A stretch of 64,000 nucleotides of DNA, taken from positions 1 through 64,000 of the forward strand of contig JAHLTZ010000006.1 of assembly GCA_025786725.1 (NCBI GenBank), in the 5' to 3' direction. Source of the stretch: Syncephalis fuscata S228 (Eukaryota > Fungi > Zoopagomycota). The notes under the pieces were generated by a model. It saw only the letters and a list, made by a program, of their open reading frames with translations. It was not told where the DNA came from and did not search any database. The number at the start of each line of letters is the position of its first letter. Position 1 is the stretch's first letter. Shown here in pieces: positions 12,610 through 26,477 of this stretch. The position numbers and the translations under genes are program-made.

Positions 12610-14632
12610 ATGACTGGCCGACAGTCCCAAGCAGGTCAAAGAGCAACACGAACCGGTCACTTTTTACGCCGTCTATCAGCATTTGGTAATTCATCAAATC
12701 CACGTTCCACTCAAAGTATATCTCCTGATGGTGCAGCAGCGGACACCTCCAATTCACTCCCGATGCAGTCGCCGATCGAGGGGGAGAGCCAACAATTAAT
12801 GGCGCTACATCAACTGGTGACTGGATCGCGATCAGCTGCACTTATATGTAATTCTGTTCAACAGAATAACGATAAAGGCAACATTCGAAATTATCAAATG
12901 GACAGCATAACAGTCGTTAATTCTAATGAAAGTAGACGGAAGAGATATAAGCAGCGCTCGTGGGTTGGCACGCAAGAGTCAGTGCCGACCAATGCTACAC
13001 TATTTACACCGCGCCAATTGCTTAGCTTTGGTCTTGGCTGTACACGAAGATCGACAGACGATAACTCCCGTGACATTGGTGTTAGTGATGTAAAACATCA
13101 ACAACCATATACCTCTAAATTAAAAAAGTACACTCGTGCTCATTCGGCCGATAGCATAAAAACGACGCCCAAAGCAACACTTGACTCATTAATTCCATCA
13201 TTAGTGCCATTACCTAGCAGAGGATCAAATGCTGATTCAATTGTTGAGACACCACTTGGTCGACCACAGAAACTACCACTAGAAATCATAGTAGCCATTT
13301 TATCGTGTCTTTATCGTCCCAAGGATATTCGGACCGCCCAGTTGGCCTGCCGTCTATGGCATAGTGCAGCCAAAACAGCCATGTCTAATTTACGCCGACA
13401 CCGCCCCTATGCTGGCATGTCCATTCTAGAGGCACTTAGGTAGTTTATAAACTTTTTATTACAATCAAACACTAATTATATACCATTTAGATGCTGCATT
13501 AATGATATGCCGCGTCCCTCTGCACATGATACAACTTTTCGTCGTATGGTATCTCAACTAGGACGTGATTATGTTCTGTGTAATCCAGACGTAACTGCTG
13601 GTAATTATTTATTAATAGCTTTTACATTACTAATGTTAATTGTTAATGGTAAAACATAGCATTCTATCCCATTGATCCACTTGATTTTATTCGTCCGCTC
13701 ATTTGGACTTTTTTATTTATCGACCGAGAACATCACGGCTTAGTGACCGATAACCATCAAGGTAATCGTGATAATAACGGGCACGGTGAACCTACAATAC
13801 ACCATGTCGCTCCTCCTGCCCAAACAGTACCACCAAATAATCATGTAAGATAATTTGTTTTAAATCATCTATCGTATGCTTATTCAATGTATTAGTCAAT
13901 CTGGCTTCCTAGTTTTCTTGGACGTCCTATGAATGGAGGTAACAATACGGTAGGAGGGCATGCACTCGACTGTCGGTATTTTGTACAACTTGTGCGCAAA
14001 GAATATCCACGTGGACGTGGGCTAGATAAACAGGCCCTTAAAGTAGATAATACGAATGATTATTATCAATATTTATTAATTTGATCTAATTAGGCAACGT
14101 ATGAAGATATCCAACAAAGACCATTGTTTGCCATCACACCTATTGTACCAAATATTGAACAACCTATTCAGCACGTATCTACAACAGTTAACAACGATAA
14201 CCACTCAACTCACGAACAGGAGAACGAACCAACATTTGGTGCATCAATGGCACTATGTCGATTACCACTTCGATTACGGCAATTGATCCGTCGTATACGT
14301 TATCGTCGTCGCCGTGATAGTCTTTATCAACAGCATGCTGAACGTTCTAGGCCACATGTTGCTCAATTGGTGACTACAAGTGTCAATTCCTCTGTATTAC
14401 CATTATCTGCTGCATTATCCTATCCAGTCACCAATCCCACTGTTGTTGAATCTTCCATTGATCCAAATATCCTAACTATACAATCATCTTCAAACGCTGT
14501 TTCTGCTTCAAATTCTTTATTACCAACATCAATACCGGATAACAATGCAAGATCACCGCCTTTCAATGAGACTATTTTTATATTTTCCCAATTACCATTT
14601 TATTCTTATTCTAGCACTGATACGACTTATTG

Positions 14633-14668
<36 letters not shown>

Positions 14669-14693
14669 CGCCATTTCAAATATTGAAGTTTAA
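12610..14693 (+). CDS. F-box-containing protein, multi-exon
   Basis: KLPLEIIVAILSCL...IRTAQLACRLWHSAA F-box motif; GT-AG introns follow; C-terminal exon boundaries approximate. Confidence 0.6.
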
Positions 14694-14746
14694 TAACATT
14701 ATTTTAATAACATAAATTAGTTATGATTATTTATTATTGAAATCAA

Positions 14747-16337
14747 TTATGCCATTTTATTAAAAGTTACTTCCCCACTTCGTAGATTATAGCCATTAAT
14801 CCATTCACGAATAGAAATCATTCGCTTATTCGCCACTTGCACATGCGTACAGCATAGCCAACCTTCTGCACATTTGACATAGATTATATCAGGTGCAGTA
14901 GTGAATACAACTGTTCCAGGCAAGTCTAGATGATGATCAATCGGTGATGCTGTTGTTGCAGATATCTCTCCTCGAAGCTGAATTGATTTATTACGAAACT
15001 GTGTTACTAATGGCGTCTACTTACAATTGGTTAATAATAAAACAAATATGATTGTACTGAAATAATACCTTTTCACCAATTGCTCGATGAAGACGTGTCA
15101 AATAAATAGCCGTTTGGTTTGTCCAATCAACAATTGCCGCTTGCCGATCTAGTTTGGGTGCTTTGGTTACTTGAGATACATCTTGTATCATAGAATGATC
15201 CTAGTGTTTATTACTAAATTAAATTTTAATTAAATATATAAACTACCTTTAGTGTAGGTAGATCTTTTAATGATTCTAGCAGTAAATTCGCGCCCTTTTC
15301 CGCCAATAATTCTTCCAATTGTCGATAGTTTGCATTTAATGGCATCGGCTATCATTTATTAATAAATCTGTCTATTTTAATAATATTACTTACCACACGC
15401 TCACTAAGAAGAATACGGCCTGCATCAAACTTGTGTGGATCTAATTCTTGTACCGTAACACCTGTCTCATCAATGCCATCTAAAATGGCATGTTGAATCG
15501 GTGCTGCTCCTCGATATCTATACTATTCTCGTTTAATATCTATTGAGTTACTATATATATATCTCTTACCGAGGTAATAATGAAGGATGAACATTTAGAC
15601 CACCCCAATGAAATGTTTTCAAAAGTGATGCAGGCAAAAAGTAGCCAAAAGATACAACAATAGCCAAGTCAAATGGACAGCCATCCTTTGCTAAAGGCAC
15701 CTAATAACATCCATTATTATTATTATTATTAGTGTCAATGACCTTCAAATAACCTAATATTATCATTATTATTGTTGTTGTTTACTAACCTTCCAATCGC
15801 GTAATGTCACTGGAGGTGGATAATGCACGGGTAATTGACACGCATCAACATAAGCCTTGACGGGTACTGTGCCATTTATTTATTAACATAAACCTACACT
15901 TATTTTATATATTGTATTATTTACCTGAATACGCATGCATCCCGCGACCTACTCGTCTTTCTGGCAGAGTAACTACCTCCAAGGTATTGACTCGATAGTC
16001 ATCAATAGCAACTATCTATCTTATTTAGATACATTGTTCTACAATAGCCATTTACATACCATAAGATTTATGCAATGCCATTAATGAAGGTAAACTAAAA
16101 TGGTCTGTTCCAAAGAACAATATACGATATCCATTGGAAGGTGGTATACGCGCAGGTCTAGTAGGCCATTATTAAATAACCGCGATTACTATGTATATAT
16201 TCTACTTACCTTGTTGATAATAAACGAGTCGTAATGCTACACGGTGTCAGCTTTGAATAGAGAAACTTGTATGTAGAGGCAAGTCCATAAGTGGCCGTGT
16301 CTCTTCTACTTGCGCATATCAGTGTATACGTGTTCAT
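14747..16337 (-). CDS. FMT1: Mitochondrial methionyl-tRNA formyltransferase
   Basis: Manual splicing gives YRILFFGTDHFS and GLNVHPSLLPR|YRGAAPIQHAILDGIDETGVTVQELDPHKFDAGRILL. Not in the ORF track because of its small exons. Confidence 0.9.
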
Positions 16338-16638
16338 TTCAGTGTGGTAATACTCAAAAAATAAAATAAATACAAATCTATATTCGGTGGACTGAATTTA
16401 TTCGGAAAATTGATCCACACTGGCCATTCCTCGATAGCCAGCTTTTCTTTTTCTCTACATAATTGGATACATTCTATACGTGCTTGCTGTTTTCTATCCG
16501 CGGCATAGTTCTATATATGTATACGCTTGGTAGCTATATTCTATATTGATTCAAGTAGGTGGGAGAAGCAACAGCCTTGAGGCTTGTTTACTAATGGGTT
16601 TGGCGTTTTTTTTGTTGGCTAGATTATTTATCCATGTC

Positions 16639-17634
16639 ATGTCGAGTACCATAGACTGGACGGTGACATTAATAGCGGTCTTAGGCGGTGCTTTATGCGG
16701 CTATATGGAAGCCACAGGTCAAGTAAGTATGGGTGTGTATAGACCAGGGCAGCCATAGTATTTATCATGTTGTTTATTATCGCGTTGGCTAGTACAATCT
16801 TCCCTATAGTAAATTTCAAGAGCGAGCTTTTGGCACTTGGATGGCCAGTCGCGGTCAATGTCATCCGAAGCGTGCCTTTATTATTACCTATCTATTTGGA
16901 TTCATACTTTGTATATCTGCCTTTTGGAAGTACGGTAAATGGCACTCTCCTTATCATGTTGTAGCCGGTGGTTTTCTTATCGGACATCAGATTAAACGAT
17001 TAGGAGAGGTATGCTTTGTGCATCGGTAAGCAGCGGAAAGGCTAATCACACGATAATATAGCAACTAATACTCTAGTAATGCTAATAGATATTCGGGACA
17101 ATTAAGTAATATTATGGCAGCAATATTGATGCTGGCCAATGCTGCAGCAAGTGTTGTTTGTGCCTATGCAGTGCTTTATCGTCCACCAACAGTAGCCGAA
17201 GACAGATTCCGTGCTGTTTCTTGGCCCATTCCATTAGTGTTATTGGCATGGGGCGGTAATCTTTATCATCATAGAATTCTAGCCACATTACGGCCTACCG
17301 TTCCTATTCGACGCTATAATGCCGCCGAAGCATACCGAATACCAGGACGTGGCTGGTTTCTACGATCTGCTTGTCCGCACTACTATTTCGAAATACTAGC
17401 CTGGTTTGCATTTGCACTAATTGTACATCGAGCAATCGTGTACGGTGTAGCAATAGGCATAATGCTCTTTCTAGCTGGTCGAAGCTGGCGGACACGGTAG
17501 GGTATATTGTAATTGATCATACGTATCTACATACTAACAACATAATTATTACATATTAATCTAGTAATTGGTACTATGAAAATATTGATGGATTCACTCA
17601 AGGTGTTAGCTGCATTGTCCCATTTGGTTATTAA
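16639..17634 (+). CDS. 3-oxo-5-alpha-steroid 4-dehydrogenase / enoyl-reductase family membrane protein
   Basis: HQIKRLGE, GNLYHHRILATLR, YRIPGRGWF...ACPHYYFEILAW, and C-terminal CIVPFGY*. Confidence 0.8.
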
Positions 17635-17808
17635 TATACAAGTAGATCATTTGTTTTCATTTTACGTATTTAGTTTCAAACGTTGCAAATACACTATTCT
17701 CTTAACATATAGATTAATTTGTCTTATAGAGCAAATACAATATCGTGTTCATAAAATAAACAATGATTAATGCTAATTGTTTAACCGATCAGTCAGTTAG
17801 TTGACAAA

Positions 17809-18853
17809 TTAGGCCGGTGAACGAGGTCCATTTGGCGTGTTAGAAGTAATGCTTGTCGAGGAACGACGGAGATAATAGGCACCTGCTGGTTGTAGTCGTC
17901 CCTTTTGCTCACAAACAAATAGCCATTCTGGTTTAACTACTGGAATATTCCAGCGAATGGCCGAGTCAAATGAAGCACCGCCAACATAACGTGCCAATAA
18001 ATGTGTTGTATCGGCCGATACTTCATCTGACCATTGGGCGTTAATACGTTCTACACACTCTTTAATTGCATCGATAGCATCCTGTTGTTCTTGTTGTGCA
18101 TGAGGAGCCAATGGTCCATCGCCACTACTGGCTGGCTTTTGGAATCGTCCAAATGATACATGAATACCCGTCAGATTCTCTAAAGTATGTGTTTTTGCTT
18201 CGACCGTATTTGAGGTAAAAGTACCGGCACTAGTACGCATTCTTAAATAAAACTTGTATTCTCGATCAACTTCCAGTCCTGTCACCTTGGCCCAACGAGA
18301 CTCTAAAGCAGGGAAGTTAAGATGGCAGCGTTCGCCATCTCGGTAGACTTCAAGTGCGCGTAGATCCGCAGCATGCAGTACCAACGGTGTCCACGATAGA
18401 GTGATTGAAGTTTGTGTACTAGATCGCACCTGTAGATGCGGTGGTTCAGGTGGAGCTGTACCAAATTCGCGTAATACTTGTTCTTGTAGTTCAAAGAATT
18501 CACGCTTATCTTCCGTCTCGGCTGACCGGTCGCGTCGTACCGAGATGTTAACGACAGCACCGGCTCCTACACCGATAGGTAGCAATAAAGACGGAAATTC
18601 GATGAGTTGGTTTTCTTCCGTTAGAAGAATAGCCTACAAACAACAAAGCAATCGAATGTAGTAGTGTTAGTATAAGCTTTTAAAGGCTAAACGCAAGCTT
18701 ACTTACCATGCCGGCGTCTACCTTGCCCACAGTGAAGCGAGCACTGGTGACGGGATGCTGTGAAGTAGGACTCAAAAGAGTCAAGTTGCCATTGGCAGTC
18801 TTTGATTTCATATCGTCAGATGACGTTACAGCCGTATCTTGTGCCTCCGCCAT
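17809..18853 (-). CDS. CHS5: Exomer subunit Chs5 (FN3 + BRCT)
   Basis: FTVGKVDAGM|AILLTEENQLIEFPSLLLP N-terminal motif; FN3 (TQTSITLSW...MRTSAGTFTSN); BRCT (NIPVVKPEWL). Confidence 0.92.
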
Positions 18854-19074
18854 AGTCAATATCTACGGGTGCCAGAATAAACAAAAAAAAGAAAGAATAC
18901 AGCAGTATACTGGATAGTTAAAACCAAGTAAAAGGCAAGATGCAGAAGTAAACGACGGAATCTATGTTAGTTGCGACTGGCGACGTATTAATTAACCAAA
19001 GACTATTGGGCCAATCAAACAGCGACAGTTCTCTTGTGCTTCTTTATTCTCTTTCAAACTGTCTGTAAAGTGAC

Positions 19075-19076
19075 TT

Positions 19077-19111
<35 letters not shown>

Positions 19112-19132
19112 TTATTATTATTATTATTATTA
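19075..19132 (+). repeat. (CTA)n(TTA)n compound microsatellite
   Basis: Directly visible. Confidence 0.85.
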
Positions 19133-19162
19133 GTTCTACTGTATTAACTACTATCGATTTGT

Positions 19163-19979
19163 ATGGCTGAAATATCGCCACCCGTATCTGTGGCTGGTAT
19201 TAGTCGTTTATTTGGTGAAACGAATAATGTTGTAGCAAAAACTACGACAACTGAAGAGGAACAAGAAGAGAAGGAAGATGCAGTGACCGCGACTAGTCCA
19301 GAGCCAGTGCCCAGAGCTCAAGCGATGAGTAAACAGCTAACGAGCGATACTGTACTTACGGTTGGCTCTCAAGAAGCACCTAGCGTTGTATTAACAGCCG
19401 ACCATAGCGATAGTATTGGCCCAAGTCATACTATGAATTCTCGACAGTCTACTTACTCATCCCGTCCTACTTCATCGACTTATGATAACGTTGAAGGAAC
19501 AACTATGGGTCAAGTACTTACAGCACAGCTAGTCGGTTCAGTTAATGAACAGTTACTCGCCGAAATGATATCGTTACAAGAGAGAACGTAAGTGCCAATC
19601 ATTCTGATACTTTATAAATTGATTATTTATTAAAATGGCTAGTCTTATAACAGCCACTCATACACATGATACATTGGCAGCCTTCAATGAATTTGCTGAA
19701 GCACGATATGCTGAACTTCAGCGTCGGCTTGAGCATCATATTACATTTGTGCTTGGTCTACGTAAAGATCTAGACGGTGTATTCCGTCGATTACGGTAAG
19801 TGAACGACAACAATATTTATAATATAATATATATTTATAATATCTATATATATAGTACATTAAAAGACCAGTGCCGTGATCGATATCCTAATGCTAATCA
19901 ACAAGTACGAGAACTTTATCCACCGGCAACTTATTTAGCCGAAGGTGATGATGACTGGGATGGAGATCCCGAGGATTAA
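19163..19979 (+). CDS. KXD1: KxDL-motif BLOC-1/BORC subunit
   Basis: LAAFNEFAEARYAELQRRLEHHITFVLGLRKDLDGVFRRLR contains the KDL motif; 3 exons. Confidence 0.7.
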
Positions 19980-20587
19980 AAGTTGGAGCTACTTCCCTTT
20001 GAGTCCCCATCCTTAAACTAAAGGATAAAAAGATCCATAACTCAAATATTAAACCGTCAATCAGTTTTTACTACTGAGAAGTGGTTTGCTGTAGTGCCAC
20101 ATCAACTTTGATTGAATTAGCCAGAGTCTTAATTAATCTGCACAGTTTTCAATATTTGATATTGGTGTTAATAAATGTTAAATAGTATTCCATGTTACTT
20201 ACAATAAAATATTACATTTAATTATGATGTTGCTGCAACTGTGTTAGTTTGATTTCTTATAATAATAAACGATAAGAAATCAGAAGGTTTTGATTCACCA
20301 CTGGCCATTGTACTGAATATACTGTGCACGTTTTTTGTTGACATTAATATCTCGTTATTTATCCATTCGTTTAAACTATTAATCTATTGCTCCATTTCCT
20401 AGAATATGATTACATTTCACTATTTTAATAATGCCACTTTCTATGACTACACTTGTTTTTAAGAAACATTAACTTTGATTGTATTTTCTATTACACCCAG
20501 TAATTTATTGGCAGTACGCTCTATAACAGCGACTTTTAGTATTAAATAACTTTAATGTTTCTACTGTATCTTGACTCCCTTATTTTT

Positions 20588-21290
20588 TATTGACTCATTT
20601 CACTACCTTTTTCTTATTACTATCTTATTGTCTTGTTTAGTAATATATTATACAGTAATACCAAATGAACAATATAAACAGCATGCGTACTTGAACATTG
20701 ATAAAAAACATTGTTTAGTCCCTGTTTTTATTTTTCTTATTTTACATCAACACCTGTTCAAGTAACCTTAACGGTATGCCGTATTATCTGGTTACAACTG
20801 TCGCCACAATAACTTTTAATAAAGAGACTCAGCCTATCATTATTGCATATGATGGAGGCCATTTGCTTCATCAATCGACAGCAAAGCATCTGCGCCTATC
20901 AAATTGATACCAAGAATGCTTAAGACAATGGTGAACATTAGAAATGCCAGTCGTCCTACCTTTTTGTCACCATAGACGAGTATTTACATTACAGATATGC
21001 CTAAAATGCAACAGTAGAAGATTAGAAAATAGAAAAGACCATTCAGATGCAAGGAAACCACACTGTACGTAGTAACAACAATAACACCTGCGGAACTATA
21101 TAGAATCGCGATCAATGGCTTTTATTAATATTTGATTAATCTCTCTACACATGGCCAACAACAACAGCAATAGCCAGGCTCGTGAAGTTCAAAGTAGTTA
21201 AATGCAAACATCACAGCTATGTTTGCTGTACATAACAGCATGACTTGAATTGGAATGGATTGTGCTTTGGGGACAGATGTGGGAGTCAAA
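20588..21290 (+). pseudogene. Degenerate TnpB/Fanzor-like C-terminal fragment, copy A
   Basis: Frameshifted and stop-containing remnants: PIIIAY, VTIDEY, ICLKC, and TCGTI*NRD..MAFINI (RuvC-II, Zn finger, RuvC-III). Confidence 0.6.
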
Positions 21291-21724
21291 GTCCAATTAA
21301 TTGCAATTACACCAGCCTATAATACTTGAACCATCTTCTATTTGCTATTGGATTATTCAAATAAATTTGGCATAGTATTGCATCAACAAACTCCTTCTCA
21401 ATAGTAAAAACTGATTGATGGTTTATCCGAGTTACGGATTTTTTGTTTAAAGTTTGAGGCTAGGGGCTCGAAAAAAGTAGCTCCACTTTGTTAATAAAGC
21501 TTACTAATCAATTCATCTGTCAAGATGCAACCACACACACACACACATACACACGTTTAAATGATATGAAAAGATTATTAATGGTTAAATGCACACAAAG
21601 ACAAGAATAGTCACTAAGATTCGTCGTAACAAAAACAACGCAATAGCGGCAATGGCCGGTGCGAGCAAGAATAGAAAGAAGGATAAGAAATGATAAACTA
21701 GTTTCTTTCAAACAGTGAATTAAA

Positions 21725-22209
21725 CTAGGCACTATCGTTCTTTTTGTTGTTATTAACAACAATAGGAACTATTAAGAAATAAATATGTTTGTTAATAGTG
21801 TTATTGATATATACAGATAATGACGCTACTTACTAACAATAACCAGGATAATCACCACAACAATGGCGGCAATAATAAGTTTTAACTTCATATCCTTCCA
21901 CCACATGCGACGACGAACACGGTTGGCTCCACTACGGAACTGATTAGCACCACGTTCAAGTTCCTCTATGGTTAGTTATATAATGTAGTTAGTTCATCTG
22001 ACACTATTCTGTAGGATAGCTGCTGTTATCCTGTTGCTGCAGTGCCCTTGCTTACCCGTCTTATTATGAATATCCTCTGCACGTTCACCACGCTCCATCA
22101 CCTTATCGATGTTTTCCTGCATAATGCCTACGACTTCGTTGACCTGTCGCTGTACATGCTTCGCTTTGGAGTCATTTTGGTTCGAGTATGGATCGTATGG
22201 ACTAGACAT
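21725..22209 (-). CDS. SNC1: Synaptobrevin/VAMP v-SNARE, 3 exons
   Basis: QVNEVVGIMQENIDKVMERGER; GANQFRSGANRVRRRMWWKDMK followed by a transmembrane helix. Confidence 0.93.
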
Positions 22210-23099
22210 GATGGCGCTTTACGTAGTGATGTCAAGGAGTAGAGAAAAGTAAGAGAGAGAGAGAAAAGTTAGTCAAAACGTCGTCTGTGTTGAATATTGC
22301 ACCCAAGAAACAAAAAAGGAGACGTCTATTTTAAGACCACGCTATCTTCGTACTTACTGTCAAATATAGTGATTGAACTAGTCAGTAAAAGAGATAATAA
22401 AGGATTTTTAGAGATGAGGCTATTACAATGGATATTGAGTAGGTGTCTGTGTATAGGACAGGTGAATAACACGCGTTTCAGGTGTCTGGTTCAAGTAGAA
22501 GTGGTGGTGGAAGAAGCCAGTACAAGAGGAAAGAGACTAGAGATTACAGATGGGAAGCTGAGTAAGAAAGAATAAAAACAGTGGATAAAGTGTGTGTGTG
22601 ATAAGATGTTTACCAGTATTTATTATTCTATTTCAAGTACGAAATAAGGAAGGGAATACCAACTGTGAGTGTGTGAACGTATATATTATCGTATAATACG
22701 TGTGTATCAATGAATATTATTGATTTCATGATGAACCAATTGATGAAGAAAGTTTATCTGAGAATGAGACTGAGTCGAAATGGTTTGGAAAATGGATTCG
22801 ATACAATTACATTGATCATAGATTGATTGTATTGATATGGCTATTCGGATAGTTATGGTTTTGATTGACATTTACTTTAACACCCCTTGCCCAAAGCAGC
22901 AAATTTTTTTACGCAATCGATTGTAACGATTTAAATAGTTGAATTGTGTTTAAATCATCACTCATAATAAATATTAATAAATGTAACAACATTATCATTT
23001 CCATAGAATACAATTAAATGTAATAGGACATTATATTAGTAATAATTTTAAATATTTTAATAAAACTTACGTTTAATATCTGAAAAGTCTCATTAAGAC

Positions 23100-23600
23100 A
23101 AACCGCGTTCTCTGCGGTAATTGTACTGCCCTGAGATGGTCTGGCAAACTCAGCTGGTCTGCCATTTCCATCCTGAATTGATTCGATAATATAAAAATAT
23201 TTTTGCTTGCCATGACATCCCGATTCCACACCACCTGGCAGTTTTGGCAGACTAAGGTGGTGTGGTGGGTAGGATTATTTACAGCAATCTTTTCTATTAG
23301 ACTTTTTTCCTTACAGACATGACAAATCTATTAAATTGTTAAATTGTTAAATAAAATAATGATTATATTAAATACTTACCTGAGAAGAAAGATACTCATC
23401 AATTTTAATGGCAACAAGATCTCCACGACGCTCTCGTCGTTTCAACATTTGCCAGCACCTGTTGACAACAGCAGATCGATGGCCCTTGTATACATTGTTC
23501 TGCTTGCCAAACATTGCATCGCCGAATACAATAAGTGGCATTTTGTCAGCTGTTTGTAATCTTGCTGGACACCATCCTTCTTTCACCCTTGGTGGATCAC
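23100..23600 (-). pseudogene. Intron-containing Fanzor1/TnpB-like nuclease relic (second subfamily)
   Basis: PLIVFGDAMFG...KGHRSA...IKIDEYLSSQ|GTAAGT intron|ICHVC...LVCQNCQVVWNRDVMASKNI, then GNGRPAEFARP; 5' part missing. Confidence 0.75.
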
Positions 23601-24094
23601 TATTTAATTATATATAAATAATTATTCATACTGTACAGCTTTTAAAAAGTGTGTCATAAAATATAATTATTATGGCTATACAGTTCTTTGTATTATAAAA
23701 ATGCAGAATTCACCTACTAAATGTTCCAAGTGTTGATATGGCATTACATAGAAAACACTACATAAGAAGACATCTAATATTATCAATAAAACATTTAAGC
23801 TTTTTTCAATACCTGACTACCCTGACCAATTCTTAAATTAATGTAATTACTATTTTTATTGCATAAACGTAGTAAATTACAACAAAAGTAACTTTTATTT
23901 ATATTTTTTTATTAGCTAACATTAATTTTGTTAAAAATGCCAAATAAATTGCTTATTTTACGAGATTAACTATAAAGACTTGAATAATTGACTTGTCAAT
24001 TAATTTGCTTTATATTTAAATTACTATTTGTCATTTGAGCTCATTCTATTACACTTTCCCTTTTCACTTAATATTTAAATTTGAATTTGGTTTT

Positions 24095-24805
24095 ATTGTA
24101 CTTTACTCCCACATCTGTCCCCAAAGCACAATCCATTCCAATTCAAGTCATGCTGTTATGTACAGCAAACATAGCTGTGATGTTTGCATTTAACTACTTT
24201 GAACTTCACGAGCCTGGCTATTGCTGTTGTTGTTGGCCATGTGTAGAGAGATTAATCAAATATTAATAAAAGCCATTGATCGCGATTCTATATAGTTCCG
24301 CAGGTGTTATTGTTGTTACTACGTACAGTGTGGTTTCCTTGCATCTGAATGGTCTTTTCTATTTTCTAATCTTCTACTGTTGCATTTTAGGCATATCTGT
24401 AATGTAAATACTCGTCTATGGTGACAAAAAGGTAGGACGACTGGCATTTCTAATGTTCACCATTGTCTTAAGCATTCTTGGTATCAATTTGATAGGCGCA
24501 GATGCTTTGCTGTCGATTGATGAAGCAAATGGCCTCCATCATATGCAATAATGATAGGCTGAGTCTCTTTATTAAAAGTTATTGTGGCGACAGTTGTAAC
24601 CAGATAATACGGCATACCGTTAAGGTTACTTGAACAGGTGTTGATGTAAAATAAGAAAAATAAAAACTAGGGACTAAACAATGTTTTTTATTAATGTTCA
24701 AGTACGCATGCTGTTTATATTGTTCATTTGGTATTACTGTATAATATATTACTAAACAAGACAATAAGATAGTAATAAGAAAAAGGTAGTGAAATGAGTC
24801 AATAA
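24095..24805 (-). pseudogene. Degenerate TnpB/Fanzor-like fragment, copy B (inverted near-identical copy of 20588-21290)
   Basis: Reverse complement matches copy A over ~700 bp with few differences; the shared spurious ORF IDSFHYLFLITILLSCLVIYY appears in both. Confidence 0.65.
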
Positions 24806-26332
24806 AAGATGTGAGCCAAAGTAAAAATGACATGATCATGTAAATATCACGCGCTCAATCTGCTATTTTGTTTTATTTTAATATATAGCTATACAACTTT
24901 TATTAATGATCAATAAATAAATAAATATGTTTTTTATTACTGCAATAACGTATAATATTAGCTGTTTACTCCGATAAATAATTAGATTAAGCCTTATAAT
25001 AGTTGGCTTAGTTGATGATCATGTAAGTATATAAAAAGTTACAATGTGATTATGAATATTTATCCATACAACAACCAGAATTATAAAGTATAGCGACGAT
25101 AATAAGTTATTTAACTACTAAAACTCATTAATTTAATTTACAACTCTCTGTTTTCTGTGCGTTATCTCGGTTTAACATTGCTGTTGTTCTGGTCGCATTA
25201 GCAACAGCCAACTTAGCATAGCTATAATGATTTGCTATAGGTTAAACCAGAGGCCTTTGAGCTGATAGTTGTTTTCCATTGGTTTTTGCTTTGGCTTGTT
25301 TTTCTATAGTCCATTTTGCTTGACTTGTCAGAAGTGGTTTCAGAAATATGGGCAGCAGTTAGACCTTGGATGATTATCGATTTATATACGATCTATAGCC
25401 ACACTATACTTGGAATTACTGATAATTGTTTAGTGCTTTCTATTGTGTCTATTCTAGTGTCTGCATATTACATTGTGCATAGTTTAGTTGATGCAATTTA
25501 GTTTACAGCTAAAAACTGATGACAAAAATGACTTGTTGGAATGTTTCATTGCTCAAAATACTGTGATGCATCATGTTACAAACAGTACTTATTGTATAAT
25601 CAGTTTCAGGTGATTTGGATTAACCGCCATTTAAATGATGATAGCTGCACGACATGTAGCATGATATGCCTGGATGTAATGTGTTTGTGAATTCAAAACA
25701 ATGATTACCCCATAGCAATAGGCATAGTGTCGAATGAAATGCATACATGTACCAATCAACACACTTCATCATTTAAAAATTATGGCCAGTCTATACATAG
25801 CAGTAGAGACTTGTATAAAAATGCCATTTTGATATATTAAGCTTGTTTTGTATCAGTGCTGTGTGCTATTCTGTATGCATGCAGATATTGAGGACCGCAT
25901 TGGTAGAAATGGCAGTAAAAACATCATTATCGTTTTCACAAAACCAAACAATATATTTGTTTCCACCAAATAGTTAAATCGTGTAACAAAAAATACAGAC
26001 TAATATGTCTATTTTTAGCGCATATGTACTGGATTATCAGCATTGTTACATCATTCGTGCGAATAACTAACAGATTGAGGTAAAGACCTAGCAGGTCGTG
26101 CATATCGCATATGTACTGCTCATTAGAATTGCCGCGTTATCTGTGTAAATGCCGAACATGCCGAAATCAAGACTGGGCAGGTTGAAACCAAGAATCGGAG
26201 CCTCCTAACATGCCATGAATCTATCGGTACATGTGCACCTCAACCATTGTTTGAATTGTTTTATTGGTTCATATTACACATCAATGGTGTACCTCATACT
26301 ACAGTATACTAGCATCCCAGCATAGCCATAAG

Positions 26333-26340
26333 TATAAATA
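26333..26340 (+). promoter_or_regulatory. Candidate TATA box for the microexon peptide gene
   Basis: TATAAATA ~140 nt upstream of ATG 26478, followed by a CA/CT-rich leader and a CACCATG start context. Confidence 0.4.
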
Positions 26341-26477
26341 GCCCACAAAATATACACAACCAACTGCAATATCATCATCACACTCTACTTCTTGCTAAAC
26401 ACGCACTACTCTCCACTCTATACCAACCACACTCTACTATCTCTTTTATTTGTTTGTCTCAACAAATCAATATCACC

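Noticed and set aside
20571-20765. Duplicated hydrophobic ORF (also 24579-24839)
   Set aside because: By-product of the inverted duplicate; AT-rich with no independent coding evidence.
25100-25980. Possible decayed coding sequence on the minus strand
   Set aside because: Looks coding-like in patches but has many stops and no motif I can assign.
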